Shown here in pieces: positions 1-8,784 of a stretch of DNA of 64,000 bases (positions within the stretch are counted from its first letter, which is position 1; each line of letters opens with the position of its first letter). The stretch lies in contig JAFEDU010000008.1 of the NCBI GenBank assembly GCA_018241425.1, positions 5,424-69,423 on the forward strand, read 5' to 3'. A program made the translations under genes and the position numbers. The DNA comes from Pseudomonadota bacterium. GTDB taxonomy: Bacteria > Pseudomonadota > Gammaproteobacteria > Steroidobacterales > Steroidobacteraceae. A model generated the notes under the pieces. It searched no databases. It was not told where the DNA came from and saw only the letters and a program-made list of their open reading frames with translations.

Positions 1-6
1 GCGCCC

Positions 7-687
7 GTGACGACCCGCACAGCGCGCCGCCTGCTGGCGCTCCTTGCCCTGGCGACGCTCGCGCCGCAGGGGCACGCCGCCGGCGCCGACTGCATCCGGC
101 ACACCCTCACCCCGGCCGAGGAGCTGGATGCCAAGGCGGCCGCGGGCGCGGTGGTGCCGCGCACCACGCCGTTCCAGATCGTCGACCGCTGCGTCACCGC
201 GCAGGACACGTACGCCTGGATCGCCACCGAGCGCGTGCGCACGCGCGAGGCGCAGAGCTGGTGGGAGTACACCTGCCGCAAGGGGCTGTCGCGCTGGAAC
301 TGCGGCGACGGCGAGTTCCACCAGCTGATCTCGGTGCGCGTGGAGAACGCCGGGCGCACGCAGGGGGTCGAGGCGATCGCGCACGACAACCTGGCGCCGG
401 AAGCGGCGCGCGAGTTCGCCGCGGCCGCGACCCGTCTCTACCTGAACCCGTCGGCCCACCTGCCCGAGTGCGGGCGGCGCGCGCAGGATGCGCGCGACTG
501 GTCCTCGCTCAAGGCGAGCGACCGCCCCGTGCCCGCCGACGGGGCGCTGGTGGCGGACGTGTGGAGCAAGGCAGAGAGCTACTACGCCGACTTCAATCTC
601 ACCCTGCGGGTGGTGTTCGCCGCGAAGCAGGCGGATGCGCGTGCGCCGCAACCGCAGTGCTGGGCGTTCGTGCCGGCTTCCGGCTAG
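7..687 (+). CDS. hypothetical secreted protein (signal peptide, six Cys)
   Basis: ORF 7..687 with GTG start. The N-terminus RRLLALLALATLAPQGHAAG looks like a Sec signal peptide. GC-rich third codon positions. No family recognised. Could begin left of the window edge. Confidence 0.55.
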   Translation: MTTRTARRLLALLALATLAPQGHAAGADCIRHTLTPAEELDAKAAAGAVVPRTTPFQIVDRCVTAQDTYAWIATERVRTREAQSWWEYTCRKGLSRWNCGDGEFHQLISVRVENAGRTQGVEAIAHDNLAPEAAREFAAAATRLYLNPSAHLPECGRRAQDARDWSSLKASDRPVPADGALVADVWSKAESYYADFNLTLRVVFAAKQADARAPQPQCWAFVPASG

Positions 688-2253
688 TCAGCCGCGGCCG
701 CCGCTGAAGACGCGCAGCCGGAACCCGCTCGCGCGCAGGTAGTCCACTTCCTGCTGCAGGTCCGCGGCCGTCAGCGGGTGCTCCTTCAGCCAGCGCGCCG
801 GGAAGCGCGCCTCGAGAGACTTAGGCGTCGCCGACAGCTCTATGGCCGGCAGCGCCGTGGTGCTGCGGCCGCGGTGCAGGAGCACCGCCAGGCGCAGCAG
901 CACGATCAGGTGCACCGCGGCGCGGTCCCAGGGCGGCACCAGCTCCTCGATGCGATCGAGCGTGAACTTGCGGCGGTGGGCACCCACCAGGCGCGCCAGC
1001 AGCCGCTGTTCCTCGCGCGGGAAGCCCGGCATGTCCGCGTTCTCGAGCAGGTACGCGCCGTGGCGGTGATAGCCGCTGTGCGAAACGTCCAGGCCGATCT
1101 CGTGCAGCCGCGCCGCCCACTTGAGCGCCAGGTGCGCGAGCGGCTCCTCGAGCCTCCAGGTCTCGCGGGTCTGCTCGAGGAAGTCGCGCACGGTCGCCTC
1201 CACCCGCTCGGCCTGGGTGGTGTCGACGTGATAGCGCTGCTGCATCGCGCGCACGGTGCGCTCGCGCGCGTCCTCGCGCTTGAAGCGGCCGAGCATGTCG
1301 TAGAGCAGGCCCTCGCGCATCGCCCCCTCGGCGATCTGCATCTCGTTGATCTCGAGCACCCCGAACACCTCGGCGAGGATCGCCAGTCCCCCCGGGAACA
1401 CCGGGCGGCGGTCCTCGGTGATCGGCTCAAGGTTGAGCTCGCGGGTGTGCCCGGCATCGATGCTGTAGTCGATGGCGCGCTTGATGCCCGCGGCGGTGAT
1501 GGTGAGCGCCTGGGGGTCGAGCGCCCGGATAGCTTCCCCGATGGCGCGCACCGTGCCGGAGCTGCCGGCCGCGTGCTCCCAGCCGCGGCGGCGGAACGCG
1601 GCCTGCACGGGCTCCAACTCCATGCGCGCGGCCAGCCGCGCGCGCTCCATGCGCTTGGCGGAAATCTTGCCGTCGCGGAAGAAGCGCTCGCTGAGCGCGA
1701 CGCAGCCCATCTGCAGGCTCTCGAGCTCGAGCGGCGTCAGGCCCTCGCCCACGATGAGCTCGGTGCTGCCACCGCCGATGTCGACCACCAGGCGCTTGCC
1801 GGGCGAGGAGGGCATGGTATGCGCGACGCCTGAGTAGATGAGGCGCGCCTCCTCCATGCCCGCGATGATCTCGATCGGGTGGCCGAGCGCCTCGCGGGCC
1901 CGCTCGAGGAAGGCCTGCTTGCGGTGCGCCAGGCGCAGCGCGTTGGTGCCCACGCAGCGCACGCTGTCGGCGTGCATGGCGCGCAGGCGCTGGCCGAAGC
2001 GCTCGAGGCAGGCGAGCGCGCGTGCCGAGACGTCCTTGTCGATGCGGCCGTTCTCGGCGACGCCGGCGGCCAGGCGCACCATCTCGCGCAGACGGTCGAT
2101 GATGACCAGCTGGCCGTGCGAGTAGCGCGCGACCACCATGTGGAAGCTGTTGGAGCCTAAGTCCACCGCCGCGAGGACGTCGGGGACGGCGCGGGGTGCG
2201 GAGCGGGTGGAGGTGCGGGTGTCGGGAGAGCGGGCGGTAGCGGCCTGGGCCAC
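688..2253 (-). CDS. ppx: exopolyphosphatase / pppGpp phosphohydrolase (Ppx/GppA family)
   Basis: 521-aa ORF with the N-terminal motifs AAVDLGSNSFHMVVARY and VVDIGGGSTELIV typical of Ppx/GppA ASKHA-fold phosphatases. Confidence 0.9.
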   Translation of the reverse strand: MAQAATARSPDTRTSTRSAPRAVPDVLAAVDLGSNSFHMVVARYSHGQLVIIDRLREMVRLAAGVAENGRIDKDVSARALACLERFGQRLRAMHADSVRCVGTNALRLAHRKQAFLERAREALGHPIEIIAGMEEARLIYSGVAHTMPSSPGKRLVVDIGGGSTELIVGEGLTPLELESLQMGCVALSERFFRDGKISAKRMERARLAARMELEPVQAAFRRRGWEHAAGSSGTVRAIGEAIRALDPQALTITAAGIKRAIDYSIDAGHTRELNLEPITEDRRPVFPGGLAILAEVFGVLEINEMQIAEGAMREGLLYDMLGRFKREDARERTVRAMQQRYHVDTTQAERVEATVRDFLEQTRETWRLEEPLAHLALKWAARLHEIGLDVSHSGYHRHGAYLLENADMPGFPREEQRLLARLVGAHRRKFTLDRIEELVPPWDRAAVHLIVLLRLAVLLHRGRSTTALPAIELSATPKSLEARFPARWLKEHPLTAADLQQEVDYLRASGFRLRVFSGGRG

Positions 2254-2259
2254 GTCGGT

Positions 2260-2619
2260 TCAGGCGGCGGTGAAGGACGAGCCGCAGCCGCAGGTGGTGA
2301 CCGCGTTGGGATTGCGGATCACGAACTGCGCCCCCTCGAGCCCCTCGCGGTAGTCGATCTCCGCGCCCGTGAGGTACTGCACGCTCATCGGGTCGACCAG
2401 CAGCTTCACCCCGAGGTTCTCGATGCAGGTATCGCCATCCTGCAGCGCCTCGTCGAACTCGAAGCCGTACTGCAGGCCCGAGCAGCCCCCGCCCTGCACG
2501 AACACGCGCAGCATCAGCTTGGGGTTACCCTCGCCGCGGATCAGGTCCGCGACCTTGCGGGCCGCCGCATCCGTGAAAAGGAGTGCGGGGGCTTCCTGGA
2601 GGACTTCGGGCGTGCTCAT
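2260..2619 (-). CDS. erpA: iron-sulfur cluster insertion protein ErpA (A-type carrier)
   Basis: 119 aa with [11 protein letters not shown] and C-terminal TCGCGSSF, the three conserved Cys of HesB/IscA/ErpA carriers. Confidence 0.9.
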   Translation of the reverse strand: MSTPEVLQEAPALLFTDAAARKVADLIRGEGNPKLMLRVFVQGGGCSGLQYGFEFDEALQDGDTCIENLGVKLLVDPMSVQYLTGAEIDYREGLEGAQFVIRNPNAVTTCGCGSSFTAA

Positions 2620-2678
2620 GGCTTTGAGTCTAGAAGCTAAGGTTGGGGGAGGTCAAAGAAGCCCCTCTTAAGGGGCCG

Positions 2679-3083
2679 TCAGCCCGGTGCTTCCTGCGCG
2701 GCCGCGACGCGGCCGTCGGGCTCCAGGCGCACCAGTTTCCCTACTATCTGGGCGCCCAGTGTCATTTCAATGACACCGTAATAGACGTTGCCCTCGACGC
2801 GGGCGGTGGCCCCGAGCACCAGGCGCTCGCGGGCGTGGATGTCCCCGCGCACGCTGCCGTTCAGGACCACGGTCGGCACGGTCACCGGGCCGGCGATCGA
2901 GCCGGTCTCGCTGACCGAGAGGCTCGAGTCGCGGGCGTCATCGGAGCGCACCCCGCCCAGGACCTGGCCGTCGAGGTGCATGCCGCCCTGGAACTCCAGG
3001 TCCCCGTGCACCCTCGCCGTCCGCCCCACCAGGGTGTCGATGCGGGGCTGCCGGGAATCGCGGTTGAACATGTTCTGGCTCAC
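2679..3083 (-). CDS. bactofilin-family polymer-forming cytoskeletal protein
   Basis: 134 aa with a repetitive beta-helix-like pattern (VHGDLEFQGGMHLDGQVLGGV, VRGDIHARERLVLGATARVEGNVYYG) typical of bactofilin/CcmA. Confidence 0.8.
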   Translation of the reverse strand: MSQNMFNRDSRQPRIDTLVGRTARVHGDLEFQGGMHLDGQVLGGVRSDDARDSSLSVSETGSIAGPVTVPTVVLNGSVRGDIHARERLVLGATARVEGNVYYGVIEMTLGAQIVGKLVRLEPDGRVAAAQEAPG

Positions 3084-3112
3084 GTTAACGGGAACGCAGG
3101 CTCAACAGCATC

Positions 3113-3862
3113 TCAGGGACCGGACTCGACCGTCCACAGGAAAGACTGTGACAGGGGTGGCACATCCTTCTTCCCGGAGCGCACCTCGACCTGCAGCTGC
3201 TCGGGCTTGAAGCCGGGCGGCACCTTCAGGGGCTGGTCGAAGTCCTGGAAGTAGCGGAACGTGTAACGCAGCTCGTGCACCCGCCCCGCCGTCAGGGCCG
3301 GCAGGTCGAGGGACTTCGCGGCGCCCTCCGCCGTGCCCTCGACCTCCATGACCAGCGTGCCCTGCGTGTCGGCCTCGGCGCGCCCGGAGCGCACCAGCGA
3401 CAGGTGCACGTTGAAGGTGCCGGGCTCGAGCGCCGTGATGCGTGCCTGGCCGATCTTGAGGCCGATGCTGGCGGCGTTCTGCTGCACCACGCCGCGATAG
3501 AAGGCGAGCTCCTGGGACTGCTGCGCGACCTGCGCCTGCAGTGCGCCGAGTTCGCGCGCGAGCTCCGCCTGCTCGCGCGCGCGGCCGACGCGCACCGTGT
3601 CGAGCTCGGCGAGCTGCGTGCGCAGCTCGCGCCGCTCCTTCTCCATGTGCTCGATCTTCACCTCGAGCTCGGTGCGCTGCTGCGCGGCGGCCTGGCGGTC
3701 GTAGCCGGCGTCGTAGCGGCCGAGCTCGTAGATGACGTAGAGGGCGAACGCCCCGATCAGCGCAGCCGCCGCCCACAGCGCGGTGCGCAGCGCCGGCGCA
3801 TGCGAGCGCACCACCTGCGGTGCGCCCGGCCGGCGGCCGAACAGGGCGGCGAGCGAGCGCAT
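3113..3862 (-). CDS. membrane-anchored coiled-coil protein (recalled as DUF6776-like, often next to bactofilin)
   Basis: ORF 3113..3877. The ATG at 3862 is preceded by GAGGGA, with GTG at 3877 as an alternative. One N-terminal TM helix (LWAAAALIGAFALYVIY) is followed by a heptad-rich segment. Confidence 0.65.
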   Translation of the reverse strand: MRSLAALFGRRPGAPQVVRSHAPALRTALWAAAALIGAFALYVIYELGRYDAGYDRQAAAQQRTELEVKIEHMEKERRELRTQLAELDTVRVGRAREQAELARELGALQAQVAQQSQELAFYRGVVQQNAASIGLKIGQARITALEPGTFNVHLSLVRSGRAEADTQGTLVMEVEGTAEGAAKSLDLPALTAGRVHELRYTFRYFQDFDQPLKVPPGFKPEQLQVEVRSGKKDVPPLSQSFLWTVESGP

Positions 3863-3869
3863 CGGTCCC

Positions 3870-4427
3870 TCAGTCACCGCTCTCGGACCCGACGCGCGGA
3901 TCCGGTCGCGTGTACTCGTCCCACCACTCGGGGAAGGGCGGCTGCTTGCCGCGCGGGAAGGCGAGCGGCGCGAGCTCGGTGAGCGCGCGCACGTACACCG
4001 GCCGCTTGAAGTAGATCACCTCGCGCACCGGCTCCCAGTAGTTCGACCAGCGCCACTGGTCGAACTCCGGCTCGCTGGTGCGGGCGAAGTCGAAGGTCAC
4101 CTCGTGCCGCAGGCGCAGGAGGAACCAGCGCTGCTTCTGGCCCGTGCACACCGGGCGCTGGTTGCGGCGCACGTAGCGCGGCGGCAGCCGGTAGCGCAGC
4201 CAGCGCTCGGTCTGGCCGATGAGGTCCACGGCCGACTCGCGCACGCCGATCTCCTCGTACAGCTCGCGGTACAGCGCCTGCTCGAGGGCCTCCCCGCTGC
4301 GCAGGCCGCCCTGCGGGAACTGCCAGCCCTTGCCCCCGGTGCGGCGGCCGAGAAAGACCTCCACGCCCTGCATCAGGATGATGCCGACGTTGGCACGGAA
4401 ACCGTCCGGGTCGATGACGTCCGTCAT
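3870..4427 (-). CDS. rppH: RNA pyrophosphohydrolase RppH (Nudix)
   Basis: Internal ATG (MTDVIDPDGFRANVGII) within ORF 3870..4910. Nudix box GGLRSGEALEQALYRELYEEIGV. The upstream part of the long ORF is Ala/Arg/Ser-rich junk. Confidence 0.9.
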   Translation of the reverse strand: MTDVIDPDGFRANVGIILMQGVEVFLGRRTGGKGWQFPQGGLRSGEALEQALYRELYEEIGVRESAVDLIGQTERWLRYRLPPRYVRRNQRPVCTGQKQRWFLLRLRHEVTFDFARTSEPEFDQWRWSNYWEPVREVIYFKRPVYVRALTELAPLAFPRGKQPPFPEWWDEYTRPDPRVGSESGD

Positions 4428-4548
4428 GGTTGAGCCTGAGTCTGCCACAGAGTACGCGCGGTACCGTAACCGCCGCGGGGGATGGCGTTTTCCGGCGGTT
4501 TGGCCGAGGCTAGCCGACCCAACCTCCCAGGGATGGTCCCTAACTCCC

Positions 4549-5547
4549 GTGGCGCGCGCCGCAACCGCCGACTCCCTGCCCGTCCCGGCCACCCCCTGGC
4601 GCAGCCTGGGGGTGCTCCTCGTGCTGGCGGCCGCGGTATTCCTGGCCGCGCTCCTCATCGGCAGCTCCGGCATCGGCCTCAGGGCGGGACTCGCCGCCCT
4701 CGCGGGCGGCGGGGACGAAGCCACGCGCAACGTCCTGCTGGAGGTGCGCCTGCCCCGGGTGCTGGCCGCCTTCGGGGTCGGGAGCCTCCTGGCGCTCTCT
4801 GGCGTGCTGCTGCAGGCGCTGTTCCGCAACGCGCTCGCCGACCCGTACGTTCTCGGGGTGTCCGGCGGCGCCGCGGTCGGTGCGCTGCTCGCCATGATCG
4901 CCGGTGCCACCGCGCTCCTGGTGCAGTCGGCCGCCGTCGCCGGCGCGCTTGGGGCCGTGGGCCTGGTCTACCTGCTCGCCCGCGGCGGAGGCACGCCGCG
5001 CCTGCTGCTCACCGGCGTCGTGCTCGCGAGCGCCTGCGGTGCGCTGGTGTCGGTGCTGCTCGCGCTGGCGGATTCCTCGCGGATGCGCGGCATGGTGTTC
5101 TGGCTGGCCGGCGACCTGGAGTGGGCCGTGCGGCCGTGGCTGAGTGCCGGCACCGCGCTGCTTGCGATCGCCGCTGCGGTGGTGCTCGCCCGCCCGCTGA
5201 ACGTCCTGGCCGCCGGCGAACTGCGCGCCCGCACCGTGGGTCTCGCGCTCGAGGGCTGGCGCACGCTCCTCTTCATTACCTGCGCGACCCTGACGGCGCT
5301 CGCCGTGGTGAGTGCCGGCACCGTGGGATTCGTGGGGCTGATCACCCCGCACGCGGTGCGCCTGAGCTTCGGCACCAGCGACCACCGCATCGTGGCCCCC
5401 GCCGCGGCGCTGGCCGGCGGCATGCTGCTCGCGGCTGCGGACCTCGCCGCGCGCACCATCGCGGCCCCGCGGCAGCTTCCGGTGGGGGCCATCATGGCGC
5501 TCGTGGGGGCCCCCCTGTTCGTGGTCCTGCTGCGGCAGCGACGCTGA
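4549..5547 (+). CDS. FecCD-family ABC importer permease (BtuC/HmuU-like: iron-siderophore, heme or B12 type)
   Basis: Frame of ORF 4219..5547. Motifs LEVRLPRVLAAFGVGSLLALSGVLLQALFRNALADPYVLGVSGGAAVG and a C-terminal LPVGAIMALVGAPLFVVLL are typical of the family. GTG 4549 is chosen as the start (about 332 aa); this is uncertain. Confidence 0.85.
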   Translation: MARAATADSLPVPATPWRSLGVLLVLAAAVFLAALLIGSSGIGLRAGLAALAGGGDEATRNVLLEVRLPRVLAAFGVGSLLALSGVLLQALFRNALADPYVLGVSGGAAVGALLAMIAGATALLVQSAAVAGALGAVGLVYLLARGGGTPRLLLTGVVLASACGALVSVLLALADSSRMRGMVFWLAGDLEWAVRPWLSAGTALLAIAAAVVLARPLNVLAAGELRARTVGLALEGWRTLLFITCATLTALAVVSAGTVGFVGLITPHAVRLSFGTSDHRIVAPAAALAGGMLLAAADLAARTIAAPRQLPVGAIMALVGAPLFVVLLRQRR

Positions 5548-5993
5548 TGCACGCCCCCCGGAGCCGGGCGCTGCCGGCGCTCATCGCCACCCTCGCCGCC
5601 GCCGCTTCCCAGGCGGCACACCCGGTGGCGCGCCCCGACCACCCGATCCTCGGCACCTGGCAGCTCGCCATTCCCGGCACCGGGTGCCTCGAGACCTACG
5701 AGTACCGCGCCGACGGCACCGTGCACTCTGTGAGTGCGGCGGAACTGATCGACAGCGACTTCCAGATCGGCGCGCAGCCGAACGAGGCAGGGCTGTACGT
5801 GCTCGAGGAAACCATCACCAGGAGCAACGGCAAGCCCGACTGCAGCGGCCGCATCACCCCGACCGACAAGCCGCTCACGCTCTACCTCGCACCGCTGCGC
5901 GGGGGTTTCCTCATGTGCTTCGATGCGGCGCTGCGCCGCTGCCTGGGTCCCATGCTGCGCCTCACGCCCGCCCCCGGCAGCAGCGGGCACTAG
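5547..5993 (+). CDS. small secreted protein, four Cys, unknown function
   Basis: The ATG at 5547 overlaps the permease TGA (ctgATGc). Signal-peptide-like N-terminus ALPALIATLAAAASQAAHP. 148 aa. No family recognised. Confidence 0.6.
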   Translation: MHAPRSRALPALIATLAAAASQAAHPVARPDHPILGTWQLAIPGTGCLETYEYRADGTVHSVSAAELIDSDFQIGAQPNEAGLYVLEETITRSNGKPDCSGRITPTDKPLTLYLAPLRGGFLMCFDAALRRCLGPMLRLTPAPGSSGH

Positions 5994-5998
5994 ACGCT

Positions 5999-7141
5999 TC
6001 AGGCGACGACGGGGTTGGGCGAGACCGTGTAGCGGTTGCGGCCGGCGCTCTTGGCGCGGTACAGCGCCGCGTCGGCTTCCGCGATCAGCCGTTCGGCGAG
6101 CACCTTGTAGTCACGCGTGCCCGGCCCGGGGCGGGCGACCGCCACGCCGATCGACAGCGTCACGGTCTCGGAGGCCTGCGGGCTGACCGGGACGGGGTGG
6201 TTGCGCACGCTGTGCAGCACGCGGGCGGCCACCTTCTCCCCGTCGACGAGCTCGGCCTGCGACAGCACGATCGCGAACTCGTCCCCGCCGAAGCGCGCCC
6301 CCGTGTCGCTGATGCGCATCTCGGCGTCGATGCGGTGCGCCACTTCCTTCAGCACCGTGTCCCCGCACAGGTGGCCGTACTGGTCGTTGATGCGCTTGAA
6401 GTGGTCGACGTCGATCATCAGGCACACGAGCGACTGGCGCGCGCGCTGCGCGCGCGCCAGCTCTTCGCGCAGGCGCGCGTGCAGGTAGCGGCGGTTGTGG
6501 AATCCGGTGAGGAAGTCGGTCAGGCCGCTGCGCAGCAGGCGCGCACGGTTCACGGCGTTCTCGATACAGATCGCCGCCACCACGCCCAGGTGCGCGAGGA
6601 AGTCGCTGGCGAGGTCCTGAGTGAACCGCAGCGCGTCGCGGCTGTGGAACACCAGCACCCCGTCCAGCTGCTCGTGGCGGCGCAGCGGGATGAGCGCGAT
6701 GCTCGCCGGCGCCGGTGCCCCGCGGCCGATGAGGAGCTCGTGGTCGGCCTTGTGGAAGGGGCCGAGCCAGGGCTTGTCGAGGTTGTGCAGCTGCGGGGCG
6801 ACCGTGATGAGCGCATCCACGAACGCGACGCCCTCGGGCTCGAGCCCGTCGCCGGCCAGGAGGTGGCGGATCTCGTGCTGCGGATCGTTGATGACGAGGG
6901 TCACCCCGTCCAGCTGGTAGGAGGCCCTAAGGCCGCCGATCAGCCGCTCGAACAGCTGCTGCAGCGAGTTGGAGCGCAGCAGCTCAAGTTCCCGCTCCTG
7001 GGTCTTGCGCAGGAGCGCCTCGTTGCGGCCCACCTCCTCGGTGAGCATCGCGAGGCGCGCCTTGAGCAGGCGCACCTCCCCTTCCGGGGCCTGGGGCTCC
7101 CCGCCGCCTGAACCCTGCGTGTCCGGGTGTTCCCGTGCCAT
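5999..7141 (-). CDS. diguanylate cyclase (GGDEF) with N-terminal coiled-coil/GAF-like sensor region
   Basis: 380 aa with IDVDHFKRINDQYGHLCGD and RFGGDEFAIVL (GGDEF active site). No EAL domain. Confidence 0.9.
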   Translation of the reverse strand: MAREHPDTQGSGGGEPQAPEGEVRLLKARLAMLTEEVGRNEALLRKTQERELELLRSNSLQQLFERLIGGLRASYQLDGVTLVINDPQHEIRHLLAGDGLEPEGVAFVDALITVAPQLHNLDKPWLGPFHKADHELLIGRGAPAPASIALIPLRRHEQLDGVLVFHSRDALRFTQDLASDFLAHLGVVAAICIENAVNRARLLRSGLTDFLTGFHNRRYLHARLREELARAQRARQSLVCLMIDVDHFKRINDQYGHLCGDTVLKEVAHRIDAEMRISDTGARFGGDEFAIVLSQAELVDGEKVAARVLHSVRNHPVPVSPQASETVTLSIGVAVARPGPGTRDYKVLAERLIAEADAALYRAKSAGRNRYTVSPNPVVA

Positions 7142-7176
7142 GCGCGTTCCTTAGGGGATTCCTGTCCTGGCCGGCC

Positions 7177-8301
7177 TCAGGCGCGGCGCTCGGCCACGCT
7201 GCGCCGGTCCTCGAGGTAGTCGTGGCCGCGCTGCATCAGTGAGCGGAAGGTGGCGAAGTCCTGGCTGAGCACCGCGGTGCGCAGCCGCTCCACCGCCTGG
7301 GCGAGCGCCTCCAGCGACTCGGCGCCGTAGTCGTTCAGGCTCTGGATCTCGTAATACAACTCCGGGCTCTCCTGCGCCACGCGGCTCGCCACGTCGAGCT
7401 GCGCATCGAAGGTGGTCGAGGACATGCGCGCGAGCCTGGGTGCCGCTTCCCCGCTCTCGGCGAGCGCGGTGAAGAAGGCGATGTTGAGCGCGTGGCTCAG
7501 GCCCAGCACGTAGGCGATCAGGCGGTCGTGGTCATCGAGGCTCATGACCACCTGCTCGGCCATGGTGGGCGCGAACAGCTCGCGCGCCGCGGTGAGCGCC
7601 CCGGCGTGGCCCAAGTCCACGAACACCACGTGGCGCCCGGAGAGCAGCTCCGTGTCCGGCCCGAACATGGGGTGGACGGAGGTGACCTTGCAGCCGTGGG
7701 ACTTGAGCGCGAGGAGGCCCGCACGCAGCGGGGACTTGAGCGACCCTACGTCGAAGATGACGCCCGGCGGCCGGCGCAGCGCGAGGTCCTTGAGGATGGC
7801 TTCCGTGGCCCCGAGCGGGGTCGCGAGCACGATGAAGTCGTGGCGCAGGTCGGTGCTGCGCCAGTCCGCGACGCGCGTCACGCCCTCGGGTGCCGGCGTG
7901 GGATCGGCGACCTCGACCGTGAACCCCTGCGAGGCGAGGAAGCTCACGAACCAGCCGCCCATCTTGCCGGCGCCGCCGATGACGAGGGCGCGACGCCCGG
8001 ACCCGGTGCCGTGCGCCACCACGCTCGCGTGCTCCTGGGTCGTGAGGCTCGAGCGGATGAGGAGCCGCAGCAGCTGCTCGGCGAGCTCGGGCGAGACGCC
8101 CTGAGACTCGGCGAGCGAGCGCACGCCCAGGATCACGTCCCGCTCGCGCTCATAGTCGCGCGTGGGCTTGCCGATGGCCCGCTTGACGCGCGCCACCTCC
8201 TCGCTCACGGCCTTGCGCTCGGCCACCAGCGCGATCAGCTGGCGGTCAATGGCGGTAACACGCTGGCGCAGGTCCTCCAGCGTCACGTTCTCCTGGGTCA
8301 T
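7177..8301 (-). CDS. tyrA: bifunctional chorismate mutase / prephenate dehydrogenase
   Basis: 374 aa. N-terminal CM type 2 helix ([33 protein letters not shown]) followed by the Rossmann motif [12 protein letters not shown] and a prephenate dehydrogenase core. Confidence 0.9.
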   Translation of the reverse strand: MTQENVTLEDLRQRVTAIDRQLIALVAERKAVSEEVARVKRAIGKPTRDYERERDVILGVRSLAESQGVSPELAEQLLRLLIRSSLTTQEHASVVAHGTGSGRRALVIGGAGKMGGWFVSFLASQGFTVEVADPTPAPEGVTRVADWRSTDLRHDFIVLATPLGATEAILKDLALRRPPGVIFDVGSLKSPLRAGLLALKSHGCKVTSVHPMFGPDTELLSGRHVVFVDLGHAGALTAARELFAPTMAEQVVMSLDDHDRLIAYVLGLSHALNIAFFTALAESGEAAPRLARMSSTTFDAQLDVASRVAQESPELYYEIQSLNDYGAESLEALAQAVERLRTAVLSQDFATFRSLMQRGHDYLEDRRSVAERRA

Positions 8302-8375
8302 GACGGCTTCGATCCTCCTTAAGACCCCACCTTTCTATCGGTCGGGCGGTGGGGCCGCAAGGGCGGCCGCTCCCT

Positions 8376-8545
8376 GGGGGCTGCCGGGGTCGAAAACCGG
8401 CACGGTGAAGCGGTGGTTTTCCTACCCCCGGGCCACGGTGAGCACCCGTAGCCTGGTGGATCTCGGGACCACTGGAAGCTGCGGCCGTCAGCGGGGTGGG
8501 TCGACCATGCGGGGTGCTGCTTCATGAAGTCCGGCACGCCGGCCG
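8376..8545 (+). promoter_or_regulatory. cobalamin-riboswitch-like element (diverged, possibly decayed)
   Basis: Five blocks occur in the canonical order. GGCUGCC at 8379-8385. GGUGAAGCGGUGGUUUUCC at 8404-8422 (compare AGGGAAnnnGGUGnnAAUCC). CCCCCGGGCCACGGUGAGC at 8425-8443 (compare CCCCGCCACUGUnAGC). CCACUGG at 8469-8475 plus GGGGUGGGUCG at 8493-8503 (compare GCCACUG ... GGGAAGGC). B12-box-like AAGUCCGGCACGCCGGCC at 8527-8544. Several normally invariant A residues are substituted. Not verified with a covariance model. Confidence 0.3.
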
Positions 8546-8784
8546 GGGCAATACCCTGCCGCCGGATCTCCACGGCGAGGTAAGACGGAGCGGCTCGAGA
8601 TTACCGGCGTTTATTGCGAGTACCCGTCTCGAGCGGGACTTGGATTCTCCGCCCTCTTCTCCCATCGGGGCGGTCCCACAGATGGAAATCTGGAGACCGA
8701 AGCGGCGAGCTTCGTTGCGGCCGTGAAGCCCGCCCTGGAAAACCAAGGCAGGAGACTAGTACTCCGACGGTGCCCGGACCAAAG

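Noticed and set aside
778-1833. Long ORFs antisense to, or frame-shifted within, clearly assigned genes. Examples: 778..1833 (+), 5684..7111 (+), 18294..19688 (-), 27016..31179 (+), 28439..31030 (-), 34927..37338 (-), 50949..53024 (+), 56723..58924 (+).
   Set aside because: These are typical high-GC artefacts. The translations are Arg/Ala/Gly/Pro-rich with no recognisable motifs, and each lies opposite or out of frame to an ORF with strong family signatures. Stop codons are simply rare in about 70% GC DNA.
4428-4548. Looked for a cobalamin riboswitch in the 120-nt leader between rppH and the BtuC-like permease (it contains GCCACAG and AGCCGACCC).
   Set aside because: The leader is too short, and the conserved blocks are neither complete nor in the correct order. 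I could not draw a GGGAA/GGUG core or a B12 box.
8376-8700. Possible tmRNA. The 5' GGGGCUGCCGGGGUCGA resembles the tmRNA 5' end (GGGGCUGAUUCUGGAUUCGA).
   Set aside because: I found no complementary 3' acceptor strand with CCA, no T-arm, and no tag-peptide reading frame ending in a stop. The block order fits a cobalamin riboswitch better. RNase P RNA motifs (GGAAAGUCCGGGCUCC, ACAGAACCCGGCUUA) are also absent on both strands.
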